Positions 28,758-38,370 of a stretch of DNA of 64,000 nucleotides are shown here, piece by piece. The translations under genes and the position numbers were made by a program. Source of the DNA: a virus. Taxonomy: Duplodnaviria > Caudoviricetes. The number at the start of each line of letters is the position of its first letter. Positions within the stretch are counted from its first letter, which is position 1. The stretch spans positions 64,001 through 128,000 of the IMG/VR virus record IMGVR_UViG_3300021256_002629. One strand, given 5' to 3'. The notes below the pieces were generated by a model. It saw nothing but the letters and a program-made list of their open reading frames with translations, did not search any database and was not told the origin of the DNA.

Positions 28758-29381
28758 ATGAAAAAGTATAAAACAGAAAAAGAAGGCAGTATGTTAAGAA
28801 TTATTGCTTTAAAAGATTTTTCTGATGTTATGAAAGGAGATGTCGGAGGATTGATAGAAAAAGAAGAAAATCTCTCACAAGAAGGTAGGTGTTGGGTTTA
28901 TGAGGGTGCTCGAGTCTCCGAAAATGCCCAGGTTTATGGGAGTGTTAAGATTAGTGGAAATGCTCAAGTTTATGGAGATGCCAGAGTTTGTGGGAAAGTT
29001 CAGATTCATAATAATGCCCGTGTTTTTGGAAATGCTCAAGTTTATGGAGAGGCTAAGATTTGTGGAGATGCTGAAGTTTATGACAACGCTACAATTTATG
29101 ATACTGCTAGTGTTGAAGAAAACGCTAAGGTCTATGGAAATGCCAAAGTTTATGGAGATGCTTTGATTAATGGGGAGGCTAAGATCTATGGAAATGCCAG
29201 GATTTACGGGAATGCTCTTGTCTCTGATAATGTTAGCGTTTACGGTAATGCCCAGGTCTATGAGGAGGCTGCGGTCTATGGTAATGTTAGCGTCTGTGAC
29301 AATGCTAAAGTTTATGGGTATGCTGAATTTGCTTACGGTTGCGAAGCTATCATTTCCGGTAACGAAGAAATTGACCTGTAA
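28758..29381 (+). CDS. Hexapeptide-repeat (left-handed beta-helix) protein
   Basis: Tandem GNAxVY repeats after RIIALKDF..GGLIEKEENLSQEG. Confidence 0.85.
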   Translation: MKKYKTEKEGSMLRIIALKDFSDVMKGDVGGLIEKEENLSQEGRCWVYEGARVSENAQVYGSVKISGNAQVYGDARVCGKVQIHNNARVFGNAQVYGEAKICGDAEVYDNATIYDTASVEENAKVYGNAKVYGDALINGEAKIYGNARIYGNALVSDNVSVYGNAQVYEEAAVYGNVSVCDNAKVYGYAEFAYGCEAIISGNEEIDL

Positions 29382-29428
29382 TGATTCAGGTTTACACAAT
29401 TAATTAAATATAAAAACATAAAATAACA

Positions 29429-30004
29429 ATGGAAAAGAAGTATAAAACTGTAAAGGAAGGCAATATGTTGAGAATTATTGCTTTGAAACGTCTTGGCGAG
29501 TTTGACCAGGTTGTAGAAGGTGATAAAGGTGGATTGATAGAAAAAGAAGAAAACCTTTCTCAAGAGGGTGATTGCTGGGTTTTTGAAGATGCCCAGGTTT
29601 CAGGAAATGCTCAGGTTTATGAGGATGCTTTTGTTTTAGAAAGTGCCTGTGTTTCCGGAAATGCTAAGGTTTATGGAAATGCTTGTGTTTCTGAAAAAGC
29701 TCAAATTTCTGGTAATGCTCGGGTTTATGGAGAGGCTTTGATTTGTGATAATGCGATGGTTTATGAGAATGCTCGTGTTTTTGGAGATGCTTATATTTTT
29801 GGAAATGCTCAGGTTTATGGGAAGGCAAGGGTTTATGGAGATTCTAAGGTTTATGAAGATGCCAGAGTATATGACAATGCTAAGGTTTTTGGGAAGGCAG
29901 AAGTTTGTGGGCATACTGAGATTAAGGAAGACGTCAAGGTTTCTGGAAAGGCCTGTATTAGTGGAAAAACCGAGATTAAGGGATATAAAAATACAGAGGG
30001 TTAG
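29429..30004 (+). CDS. Hexapeptide-repeat protein
   Basis: Paralog of 28758. Confidence 0.85.
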   Translation: MEKKYKTVKEGNMLRIIALKRLGEFDQVVEGDKGGLIEKEENLSQEGDCWVFEDAQVSGNAQVYEDAFVLESACVSGNAKVYGNACVSEKAQISGNARVYGEALICDNAMVYENARVFGDAYIFGNAQVYGKARVYGDSKVYEDARVYDNAKVFGKAEVCGHTEIKEDVKVSGKACISGKTEIKGYKNTEG

Positions 30005-30056
30005 CCTGTAGTGATTCGAATTTACACAATTAAATAAACATAAAACTAAAACAACA

Positions 30057-30734
30057 ATGGAAAAGAAGTATAAAACAGAAAAAGAAGGCAATATGTTAAG
30101 AATTATTGCTTTAAAAGATTTTGACGATGTTAAAAAAGGTGACGAAGGCGGTTTAATAGAAAAAGAAGAAAATCTGTCACAAGAAGGAGATTGCTGGGTT
30201 TTTGGGGATGCTAAAGTTTATGAAGATGCCAGGGTTTTAGGAAATGCTTCTATTGGAGGAGATGCCGAAGTTTACGGAAATGCTAGAATCTCTGGAAAGG
30301 CTTTGATTGATGATTCTGCTAAAGTTTATGGAAAGGCTAGGATTTACGGAAATGCTGAAATTTGTATGAATGCTCAGATCTATGACAACGCTAAAGTTTA
30401 TGGAAATGCTGAAATTTACGGAGGCGCTGAGATCTATGGAAATGCTAAGGTTTATGGAGAAGCTAAAGTTTGTGGAAATGCTCAGGTTTGTGATAATGCG
30501 AAGGTTTTTGGACAGGCTTTGGTTGATTGGGAGGCTAAGATTTATGGAGAGGCTAAGGTTTATGAAAATGCTTACGTCTCCGATAATGCTAGTGTTTATG
30601 ATAATGCCTCGGTTTATGGAAGTGCTAAGATCTCCAAGAGGGCCAAGGTTTATGGAAATGCTAAGATTGATGGTAATACTGAGATTAGGGGATGGGCTAA
30701 GGTTTCCGGCAATACAGATGTTAAACAACAGTAG
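30057..30734 (+). CDS. Hexapeptide-repeat protein
   Basis: Paralog of 28758. Confidence 0.85.
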   Translation: MEKKYKTEKEGNMLRIIALKDFDDVKKGDEGGLIEKEENLSQEGDCWVFGDAKVYEDARVLGNASIGGDAEVYGNARISGKALIDDSAKVYGKARIYGNAEICMNAQIYDNAKVYGNAEIYGGAEIYGNAKVYGEAKVCGNAQVCDNAKVFGQALVDWEAKIYGEAKVYENAYVSDNASVYDNASVYGSAKISKRAKVYGNAKIDGNTEIRGWAKVSGNTDVKQQ

Positions 30735-30770
30735 TGATTCGAGTTTACATAATTAAATAAACATAAAAAA

Positions 30771-30980
30771 ATGAAACATACACGATGGATTGGAATATTT
30801 GATTATTGCTCTGGAAAGGCCTATGCAGTCAAAGTGGAAATTGATGATGATTCTTGGGAGTCTTGGGGTAGTGAGGAAATAGAAAATTTTCTTGTAGACC
30901 ATGGAATCGGATTGTCCAATATTGAATGGATGGCTTTTGATCAAAAACCTGAATTTGAAATAATTAATCCGATAAAATAA
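30771..30980 (+). CDS. Hypothetical protein
   Basis: ORF track; upstream spacer shared with the hexapeptide genes. Confidence 0.6.
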   Translation: MKHTRWIGIFDYCSGKAYAVKVEIDDDSWESWGSEEIENFLVDHGIGLSNIEWMAFDQKPEFEIINPIK

Positions 30981-30998
30981 AAACAAAATATTAAAATT

Positions 30999-31415
30999 AT
31001 GACAGAAGTTGAAATTCTAAATTCGCAGCTATCATCGTGCAGATTATTCATTGTTATCTTAATTACAGCATTAGGAGTAATGGTAATATTAACTCTCAGT
31101 GATTGGAGCATGAAGGATGGTATTAGAAAAAGTATTATCAAAAAAGGCTGGTTTTTTAGGAAACATAAATACAAGATAATTGAGAGTGAAGAGGACGGAA
31201 GATATCCTAGTAAGCGATATAATATATATCAGCAGTCTAAGATAGGTGTATGGTTCTTTTTAGATTATTATGGTACCAGAGAACAAGCCACTTCTTTTAT
31301 CCGTAATAGGTATAATAAGTATAGTAGTGTCACCAAAAAACATACTGAATATATAGATCCGACAAAACTTATTGAATCAGATACAGAAGATGAAAAAGAA
31401 AATAGCATCACTTGA
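30999..31415 (+). CDS. Hypothetical protein with N-terminal TM
   Basis: ORF track. Confidence 0.6.
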   Translation: MTEVEILNSQLSSCRLFIVILITALGVMVILTLSDWSMKDGIRKSIIKKGWFFRKHKYKIIESEEDGRYPSKRYNIYQQSKIGVWFFLDYYGTREQATSFIRNRYNKYSSVTKKHTEYIDPTKLIESDTEDEKENSIT

Positions 31416-31605
31416 AGATTTAAAAATTGAAGCTTGGTTGAGGGCAAGAGAGAAAGGTGAAATTGTCTGGAAAACCAAGAATGGGGAGGTTATTCCTATT
31501 AAAGACATGAATGATTCTCATCTTTTAAACACGATAAGAATGCTAGAAAAGCAAGAAGACGTGGATGAGATTTTATTAGATGCTTTAGATGCCAATAATT
31601 ATTGA
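31390..31605 (+). CDS. Hypothetical protein
   Basis: WKTKNG..IPIKDMNDSHLLN, a common phage motif. Confidence 0.6.
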   Translation: MKKKIASLEDLKIEAWLRAREKGEIVWKTKNGEVIPIKDMNDSHLLNTIRMLEKQEDVDEILLDALDANNY

Positions 31606-31906
31606 CAAAAAATTAAAAAGAAGTATGGGAAAAGAGAAAAAAGTAAACAATATGACAATAGAAAAAAGAAGCGAAGCCTACGTAAAGTCTATAGGCAATT
31701 ATCCTGAAGAAATCATCAATATGGTGAAGAAAGCTTATGTTCAGGGAGCAAAAGACCAGAGAAAGCTTGATATTGATGAAGGATGTGAGTGGATTTTAAA
31801 TAACTTTGTGTGTAATGGTTATCAATTCCCACTATATTATCGTAGAGTTCTATACCAGCCGAAATATATTGCAGAAGATTTTCGTGAAGACATGGAAAAA
31901 GAATAA
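31589..31906 (+). CDS. Hypothetical protein
   Basis: ORF track; start uncertain. Confidence 0.55.
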   Translation: MPIIIDKKLKRSMGKEKKVNNMTIEKRSEAYVKSIGNYPEEIINMVKKAYVQGAKDQRKLDIDEGCEWILNNFVCNGYQFPLYYRRVLYQPKYIAEDFREDMEKE

Positions 31907-31928
31907 AAAAGAATCAAATTAAGAGAAT

Positions 31929-32171
31929 TTGTCAAAAAGTACAATGAAAGCAAGACTCTTTAAGAAGTTTATAAAGAAGTTGCTGAAGAAAGGGGCAACT
32001 CTTTGGGCTGACTGTGAAGTTAAAGATAGAAAGGGCTACAGGTACTATGTAGACTTTATAAGATTTCCAACTCCAACCCTAAAAAAGAAACCGAAATGGT
32101 GGATTGAAGAAGAGAAAATAAAGAAAAAGTTAGAAGCTAAAAGAATTGATAATATTAAAACTAACGAATAA
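31929..32171 (+). CDS. Hypothetical basic protein
   Basis: ORF track. Confidence 0.55.
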   Translation: MSKSTMKARLFKKFIKKLLKKGATLWADCEVKDRKGYRYYVDFIRFPTPTLKKKPKWWIEEEKIKKKLEAKRIDNIKTNE

Positions 32172-32191
32172 GAGTTTAAAATACAAGAAAA

Positions 32192-32488
32192 ATGAAACGA
32201 TTTAAAGATTTAAAAGAGGGCGATCCTGTTTATTTCTACAGTAATAAGGATGGATTTTTCGAAGCTACAATTATAAATATTCATGCAGATATGAGTAATC
32301 CTGAAATCATGTATCTTGTAGAGACTAATTCTCCTTATCCAATTATAGTGTACGCAAATAACTACGCAGTAAATAATTGTATTTTTTCTGACAAAGAAGC
32401 GATAGACCTATTTATAGCTGAGAGACAAAGATTCTTCAGCAAAATGAAAAATGACGCTTGTATATTTTTAAAAGAGAATAACAATTAA
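32192..32488 (+). CDS. Hypothetical protein, tandem paralog 1
   Basis: MKRFKDLKEGD; high DNA identity to 32506. Confidence 0.7.
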   Translation: MKRFKDLKEGDPVYFYSNKDGFFEATIINIHADMSNPEIMYLVETNSPYPIIVYANNYAVNNCIFSDKEAIDLFIAERQRFFSKMKNDACIFLKENNN

Positions 32489-32505
32489 TTAAAAACAAAA
32501 AAGAT

Positions 32506-32796
32506 ATGAAACGATTTAGAGATTTAAAAGAGGGTGATCTTGTTTATTTCTACAATAATAATGATAGATTTTTCAAAACTACAGTTGCTACAGTTGTACA
32601 AATATTTGCAGATACAACGGATCCTGAAATCATGTATCTTGTGAATTCCATTATTCCTTATCCAGTTACTGTATACGCAAGTGAATACGCAAAATACGCA
32701 AAAGATTATTGTATTTTTTCTGATAAAGAAGCGGTAGACCTATTTATAGCTGAGAGACAACAATTCCTCAGAAAAATGACGCTTGTATATTTTTAA
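32506..32796 (+). CDS. Hypothetical protein, tandem paralog 2
   Basis: MKRFRDLKEGD. Confidence 0.7.
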   Translation: MKRFRDLKEGDLVYFYNNNDRFFKTTVATVVQIFADTTDPEIMYLVNSIIPYPVTVYASEYAKYAKDYCIFSDKEAVDLFIAERQQFLRKMTLVYF

Positions 32797-32829
32797 AAGA
32801 GAATAACAATTAATTAAAAACAAAAAGAT

Positions 32830-32920
32830 ATGAAACGATTTAAAGATTTGAAAGAAGGGCGATTCTGTTTATCTCTACGATAATAACGAATTTTCAAACC
32901 TATTGTCGCAAATTATAATA
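32830..32920 (+). pseudogene. Truncated, frameshifted third paralog
   Basis: atgaaacgatttaaagatttgaaagaagggc after an identical spacer. Confidence 0.65.
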
Positions 32921-33014
32921 AAAAAAAGAAGAAGGTAAATTATGCCTTTCTTCTTTTTTTGTTTCGCCTAAATGTTTTATATATGATAAAATTAATAATT
33001 AAAATACAAATAAC

Positions 33015-33299
33015 ATGAAACAAGATTTAGAAGGAAAAGTAGTTACCAAAGACAAGCTTAAAATCACAGTTCAGCCTAAAACAAAGAAAGAACTGGAGGA
33101 CATTATTAAGAAAACCATTGAAGAGAAAGGCGATAGTTGCGATTTGAATTTTATCGACACCTCTCTGATAACCGACATGAGTGAGTTGTTTCTGAGGTCT
33201 TCTTTTAATGGGAATATCTCTAAGTGGGACACCTCTACCCAAAAAGCCAAGCAAAGAAGTAGTAGATGTTGTGGATCTTTCAAAAGAACAATAAAATAA
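33015..33299 (+). CDS. Chimeric truncated BspA/DUF285-like protein
   Basis: N-terminus as in 26031, then QPKTKKEL..DLNFIDTSLITDMSELF..FNGNISKW. Confidence 0.55.
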   Translation: MKQDLEGKVVTKDKLKITVQPKTKKELEDIIKKTIEEKGDSCDLNFIDTSLITDMSELFLRSSFNGNISKWDTSTQKAKQRSSRCCGSFKRTIK

Positions 33300-33304
33300 A
33301 TAAT

Positions 33305-33670
33305 ATGAGAACATATAAAATTTGTTTCAAGGAAGAATATGCCAAGAAAGGAGCTGTTGTCGAAACAGAGTGTGGTTATCCTGTAAAAATAGTTGATTAC
33401 AATGCGACATGTAAAAACTACCCAATTCTCGCTCTAATTAATAAAAATGGGAGAGAAATTCCAGTTCAGTATACAAAAGACGGATACACAGATATGCACA
33501 TTGACAATGACAAATTAAACTTAGTAATAATAGCGGAAGTTGTAAGGGAACACCTGGGAACTCATGACATTCTTGATTGGAATAGTGGAGATCATCGTCA
33601 AAAAGAATATGGAATGGGGGCTACAGCTCTCCATTATGAGGCTGAAAACCTGGTCTTAGCGAGATATTAA
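33305..33670 (+). CDS. PFDIEKAK-GAKVVT family protein
   Basis: FKEEYAKKGAVVETECGYPVKI..YPILAL. Confidence 0.65.
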   Translation: MRTYKICFKEEYAKKGAVVETECGYPVKIVDYNATCKNYPILALINKNGREIPVQYTKDGYTDMHIDNDKLNLVIIAEVVREHLGTHDILDWNSGDHRQKEYGMGATALHYEAENLVLARY

Positions 33671-33727
33671 TTGGTTTAGTTACAGAACTGACAGAAAGTA
33701 AAAAAATATAAACTAAAAGAATTAAGT

Positions 33728-35323
33728 ATGAAAACAAAGTTAATTCCATTCGATATAGAGAAAGCAAAAGCTGGTGCTAAGATTGTTACCAGATGTGGCT
33801 ATTCAGCGGAGGTTAAATTTCATAATGTGAAGGTATTTCCTCCAATTATTTGTTTAGTAGAAATGGAGGGTCCTTATGCTTATACACTGGATGGAAAGTA
33901 TACTGAGTCCAATGAAGATAGTGATATGGACCTTTTTATTGAGGAAGAAGTTGAGAATGACTCTAATAATCAAGATGAAACTATTAGAAAAGCTCTTATA
34001 AGTTATTTCCAGTCATTCCCGTATAATAGTCTTGAAGATGCAGGCATAAATGCAAAGGATGCTATTGCTTGGCTCGAAAAGCAAGGCGAACAAGAAACTC
34101 TTTGTGCTAAATGCAAGAAATCACAACCTTCTCATTCTTGCCAGGACATAACAGCATTAGGAAGGTGTGCTGTTGAACATGAACAGAAGCCTGCTGATAA
34201 TAAGCCCAGGTTCCAGGAAGGTGATTGGGTAATAGACGGACTAGGTATTGTTCATCAAATTATTCGTGTTGTAGAGAATCTTGGTAGCCACACCTACGGT
34301 TATGATACTGATGATGGTTTCTATATACATGATAGCGAATCAGGTGTAAGACTTTGGAACATCACTGATGCAAAGGATGGTGATGTTCTTATGAAAGGTG
34401 AAGTTATATTTATTTTCAACAAAATGCTTGGAGAATGGATATATTGTCATAGTAGTATATCGTATAAAGATGGTAGTTCTATTAATCTTAACAATTGCGG
34501 TTTAATCAACAATGAAGTATATCCTGCAACCAAAGAACAACGTGACTTCTTATTCCAAAAAATGAAAGAGGCAGGATATGAATGGGATCCTGTCAAGAAA
34601 GAGTTGAGGAAGATTGAGAGTGAAGAGAAGAAAGAGTTGAAGAAGGTTAAGCCAAAGTTCCAGAAAGGTAATTGGGTGATAGATAAACAAGGCACAGTAC
34701 ATCAAATTGCCAATGTTATCGAAAATGTCACCAACCATACTTATGGCTATGATGTTGTTGGTGGCGGCTATTTTAATGAGAATGTGGAAGGTATAAGATT
34801 TTGGACTATTCAAGATGCAAGGAATGGTATTGTGCTTGCTTGTGACACATGTATTGTGTTATTTAAAGAAATTGATGGTCTTAATATTAAATGTCATTGT
34901 ACATATCATTTCATGGATACTCCAATGTTTTTTGTAGATACGTTACAGAATAAGACTGCTTTTTACCCTGCTACCAAAGAACAGCGTGACCTTCTCTTCC
35001 AAAAAATTAAAGAAGAAGGTTATCAGTGGGATTCCGAAAGAAAGGAGTTGAAGAAGATTAAGTATAAAGATGATATGGCTGAAAAGGAAGTAAAGCAGAA
35101 ATCTTCTTTTAATGAATTTGGATTTCGAAGAATGACTAACCAGGAACTTTCTTGGTGGCTTCGTGATCATCCTGAAGAGTGTAGGGAATTTAAGTATGAG
35201 GGAGGAGGTGACTATGTTTATAGTTCTTACGACTATACAATCAACCAAGCAAATACTCAAGTTTGGGGAAAATTAATCCGTCGAAATGGAGGAGAATGGC
35301 AAGAACCGTTAGTAGAAATTTAA
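33728..35323 (+). CDS. PFDIEKAK family multi-module protein
   Basis: Internally duplicated KPxFQxGxWVID..PATKEQRD modules; C-terminal RRMTNQELSWWLRD module. Confidence 0.8.
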   Translation: MKTKLIPFDIEKAKAGAKIVTRCGYSAEVKFHNVKVFPPIICLVEMEGPYAYTLDGKYTESNEDSDMDLFIEEEVENDSNNQDETIRKALISYFQSFPYNSLEDAGINAKDAIAWLEKQGEQETLCAKCKKSQPSHSCQDITALGRCAVEHEQKPADNKPRFQEGDWVIDGLGIVHQIIRVVENLGSHTYGYDTDDGFYIHDSESGVRLWNITDAKDGDVLMKGEVIFIFNKMLGEWIYCHSSISYKDGSSINLNNCGLINNEVYPATKEQRDFLFQKMKEAGYEWDPVKKELRKIESEEKKELKKVKPKFQKGNWVIDKQGTVHQIANVIENVTNHTYGYDVVGGGYFNENVEGIRFWTIQDARNGIVLACDTCIVLFKEIDGLNIKCHCTYHFMDTPMFFVDTLQNKTAFYPATKEQRDLLFQKIKEEGYQWDSERKELKKIKYKDDMAEKEVKQKSSFNEFGFRRMTNQELSWWLRDHPEECREFKYEGGGDYVYSSYDYTINQANTQVWGKLIRRNGGEWQEPLVEI

Positions 35324-35338
35324 TTAAAAATAAACAAC

Positions 35339-35773
35339 ATGGCAAATAAAACAAAACATGTGCCTTTTGACATTGAAAAGGCAAAACAAGGAGCAAAGGT
35401 TGTTACTAAAGATGGAAACCCCGTTAGAATAGTATCTTACGACAGAAAATCACTATCAGGAGATTTCCCTATATGTGCTCTAATAGATGTTGGGGAATAT
35501 GAAATGGATTTATTCTTCAGAAAAGACGGTACAAGAGACGTTGAAACTTATAACCTCTATATTGAAGAAGAAATCAAAACGCAAAGAATGACCAATAAAG
35601 AATTAGCAAATTGGATTTCGCCAATTCATGGAGTTTATAGGCAAGTACTAGACAATGGATGTGTTTATAGTGATTGGCCATTTATTGCTAAAGAAGAGAA
35701 CGATGAAGTTAAACCAGGTGTAATGATTCGTGAAGAGTATGGAGAATGGCTAGAACCGTTAGTAGAAATTTAA
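35339..35773 (+). CDS. PFDIEKAK family protein
   Basis: N and C modules only. Confidence 0.75.
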   Translation: MANKTKHVPFDIEKAKQGAKVVTKDGNPVRIVSYDRKSLSGDFPICALIDVGEYEMDLFFRKDGTRDVETYNLYIEEEIKTQRMTNKELANWISPIHGVYRQVLDNGCVYSDWPFIAKEENDEVKPGVMIREEYGEWLEPLVEI

Positions 35774-35784
35774 TTAAAAACAGT

Positions 35785-36198
35785 ATGGCAAAAACAATAG
35801 CAATCCCTTTTGACATAGAAAGAGCCAAACAAGGAGCTAAGATTATTACCAGGAATGGACTTAATGTGAAAATTGTTGCGTATGACAAAAAGAATAAGTC
35901 TTATCCAATTATTGCTCTCGTTGAAAGAACAGACGGGGTTGAGTTACTCATAGAGTATGCGGAAAACGGTTGTTATAATGAAAGTGGTTTAAGTAATAAT
36001 TATGACCTCTTTATCGAAGAAGAGAATCCCTCTTCCCCTTCAATTATTCAAGCATGGTGGAGGGAGATGCGTTTTGAGGTTTATGCTCAGGCAAGTGGTA
36101 ATATGCATAAACCTAATTGTTCTGATGAATGTACAAAGATGTTTTCACTTAGTGATATTGATGAATTAATTGAAAAACTAAGTGAACGGGGATATTAA
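35785..36198 (+). CDS. PFDIEKAK family protein
   Basis: N module plus unrelated tail. Confidence 0.7.
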   Translation: MAKTIAIPFDIERAKQGAKIITRNGLNVKIVAYDKKNKSYPIIALVERTDGVELLIEYAENGCYNESGLSNNYDLFIEEENPSSPSIIQAWWREMRFEVYAQASGNMHKPNCSDECTKMFSLSDIDELIEKLSERGY

Positions 36199-36232
36199 CA
36201 AGATTAATCCTAAATTTAAATAGATAAACAAC

Positions 36233-37342
36233 ATGACAAAAACAAGATTAGTGCCTTTTGATATTGAGAAGGCTAAAAATGGTGCAAAGGTTGTTACCCG
36301 AAACGGACTGCCTGTGAAAATAGTGGATTATCCTATAAAAAACGAGGATTGCCCAATTTTAGGTCTTGTACTAATTGAAGGGGAAGAATTTCCCTTGATT
36401 TTCACAAAGACTGGAAATCAGTATAATAATACAGAAAGCTGTTATGATCTCTTTATCGAAAAAGAAGTCGAGGAGGATGATTCGGATTACAACCCATATA
36501 AAGCAACAGTGGAATCTATTGCTGATATGGTTGAAAGATACTCTGAATTGCAATCCATCGAAGAATTGAAAGACTTCTATAACAACGTCAGAGTCAAATG
36601 CCAAGATGCTTTTGATTACGGGAAAGTTTGTATGATAAATCTAGATGAGGAGCCTGATGATAATAAACCAAAGTTCAAGGTAGGAGATTGGATAGTACAA
36701 GAAAATGCTGGAGTTTACAAGGTCACAGAAATATGTAAATCTTGGTATGAGGTAATAGATTCTCATGAATTACATTATTCAATCGGTTTCGACCAAGAGT
36801 CTATGTGCTATCTTTGGACTATCCAGGATGCAAAACATGGAGATGTACTACATGCAGTCGGACAGCATAATGATTGTATTTTTATCTTCAATAAACTCAA
36901 CAATGATGTGTCAGACAGAGATATAGTATTTGCAACAGGATATTGTTGTCTGGATATAACTGCAGATAAAATGGAGTTCTGCGTACAAGGTCCAGATAGC
37001 ATAGAAGTCAGTGATGTTAATGTTAAGCCTGCTACTAAAATTCAGTGTGACCTTCTATTTCTAAAAATGAAAGAGACTGGATATGAATGGAACTTCGATA
37101 AGAAGGAGCTAAAGAAGATTGAAAAAGTCAAAACTCGTAGAATGACTCACCGAGAACTTGCTTGGTGGTTGCGTGACAAACCCGAGGAACATCGAGAACT
37201 TAAGATGTCAGTCGATGACCCAATTATTGACAGCCTTTATTACTATGACAATGAAACGAATGAAACAGTTAACAAAGACATTATCATTCGCAGAAATGGA
37301 GGAGAATGGATAGAGCCTCTAATTGAAGAAATGGAGGACTAG
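36233..37342 (+). CDS. PFDIEKAK family multi-module protein
   Basis: N, middle and C modules. Confidence 0.8.
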   Translation: MTKTRLVPFDIEKAKNGAKVVTRNGLPVKIVDYPIKNEDCPILGLVLIEGEEFPLIFTKTGNQYNNTESCYDLFIEKEVEEDDSDYNPYKATVESIADMVERYSELQSIEELKDFYNNVRVKCQDAFDYGKVCMINLDEEPDDNKPKFKVGDWIVQENAGVYKVTEICKSWYEVIDSHELHYSIGFDQESMCYLWTIQDAKHGDVLHAVGQHNDCIFIFNKLNNDVSDRDIVFATGYCCLDITADKMEFCVQGPDSIEVSDVNVKPATKIQCDLLFLKMKETGYEWNFDKKELKKIEKVKTRRMTHRELAWWLRDKPEEHRELKMSVDDPIIDSLYYYDNETNETVNKDIIIRRNGGEWIEPLIEEMED

Positions 37343-37343
37343 T

Positions 37344-37703
37344 ATGATGGGACTTGTAATATTTTTTACCAGTCTATTAGTAGCAATCCTCATCTTAGTT
37401 ATATACCTTTTTTATATAATTATAAAATGGGGAGAGAATCCGCCAATAAAAGTAATTATAAAAAAGACAGAATTAATCCCATTCGACATTAAAAAGGCAA
37501 AAGCTGGAGCGAATGTAGTTACTCGTGAAGGGAGACCTGTAAGTATAGAGACTTATGATGGCATGGATAATTACTATCCAATTCTTGGTTGGGTGACAGT
37601 TAATGACATGAAACTTCTCTATTCTTTCTCGAAAGATGGAAAAGCTTCTATGGGTTTTGGTAAAGATTGTAAACTTGACCTTTTTATTAAAGAGCTAGTA
37701 TGA
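37344..37703 (+). CDS. PFDIEKAK family protein with N-terminal TM
   Basis: Hydrophobic N-terminus plus N module. Confidence 0.7.
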   Translation: MMGLVIFFTSLLVAILILVIYLFYIIIKWGENPPIKVIIKKTELIPFDIKKAKAGANVVTREGRPVSIETYDGMDNYYPILGWVTVNDMKLLYSFSKDGKASMGFGKDCKLDLFIKELV

Positions 37704-38254
37704 TTGAATTTCTTAAACTTCTTGGTATTTGTATTATACCTGCTATAGTATATTATTTACTTTGTTCTATTTTAGGATGTAGAAAAATTAAGAAAAAGAC
37801 AAAATTGATTCCATTTGATGTTAATAAAGCCAAAGCTGGAGCAAAAGTAGTTACTAAAAATGGATTTGACGTGAGAATTGTTGCGTATGACAGAGAGGAC
37901 AAGTCTTATCCAATTATCGCTCTTGTTAAGAAATCAGATGGTTTTGAAAAAGTCATGAAGTATACAGAGTGTGGGTATTGTAATTGGCCAACTTGTAATG
38001 GTGAGCTTGATCTTTTTATTAAGGAAGAAATAAAGACTAGACGCATGACTAACCAGGAACTTTCTTGGTGGTTAAGGGATCATCTGGAAGAACACAGAGA
38101 GTACTATTTTGACGGCAAATATTATCGAGGCGTTGTTCGTTCACAGTTCGATTATAATAAAGGCTCAGAAGATAAAGAAGTTCGTGCTGGTTATTATATT
38201 CGTAAAAATGGTGGAGAATGGCAAGAACCCGAATTGGAGTTAGACGACCGTTAA
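37700..38254 (+). CDS. PFDIEKAK family protein with N-terminal TM
   Basis: TM plus N and C modules. Confidence 0.75.
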   Translation: MIEFLKLLGICIIPAIVYYLLCSILGCRKIKKKTKLIPFDVNKAKAGAKVVTKNGFDVRIVAYDREDKSYPIIALVKKSDGFEKVMKYTECGYCNWPTCNGELDLFIKEEIKTRRMTNQELSWWLRDHLEEHREYYFDGKYYRGVVRSQFDYNKGSEDKEVRAGYYIRKNGGEWQEPELELDDR

Positions 38255-38370
38255 TTGAAATTAGAAAGGCGTAATAACTTTATTTAAAAAGAGTTTTATG
38301 TCTTTCTTTTTTTCAAAATTATCTTTAGTCTGACCTAATTCTCTTTTATATGAGAATAAAAACAATTTAT

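Noticed and set aside
28875-30756. Overlapping ORFs in the hexapeptide genes
   Set aside because: Shadow frames of the 18-bp repeats.
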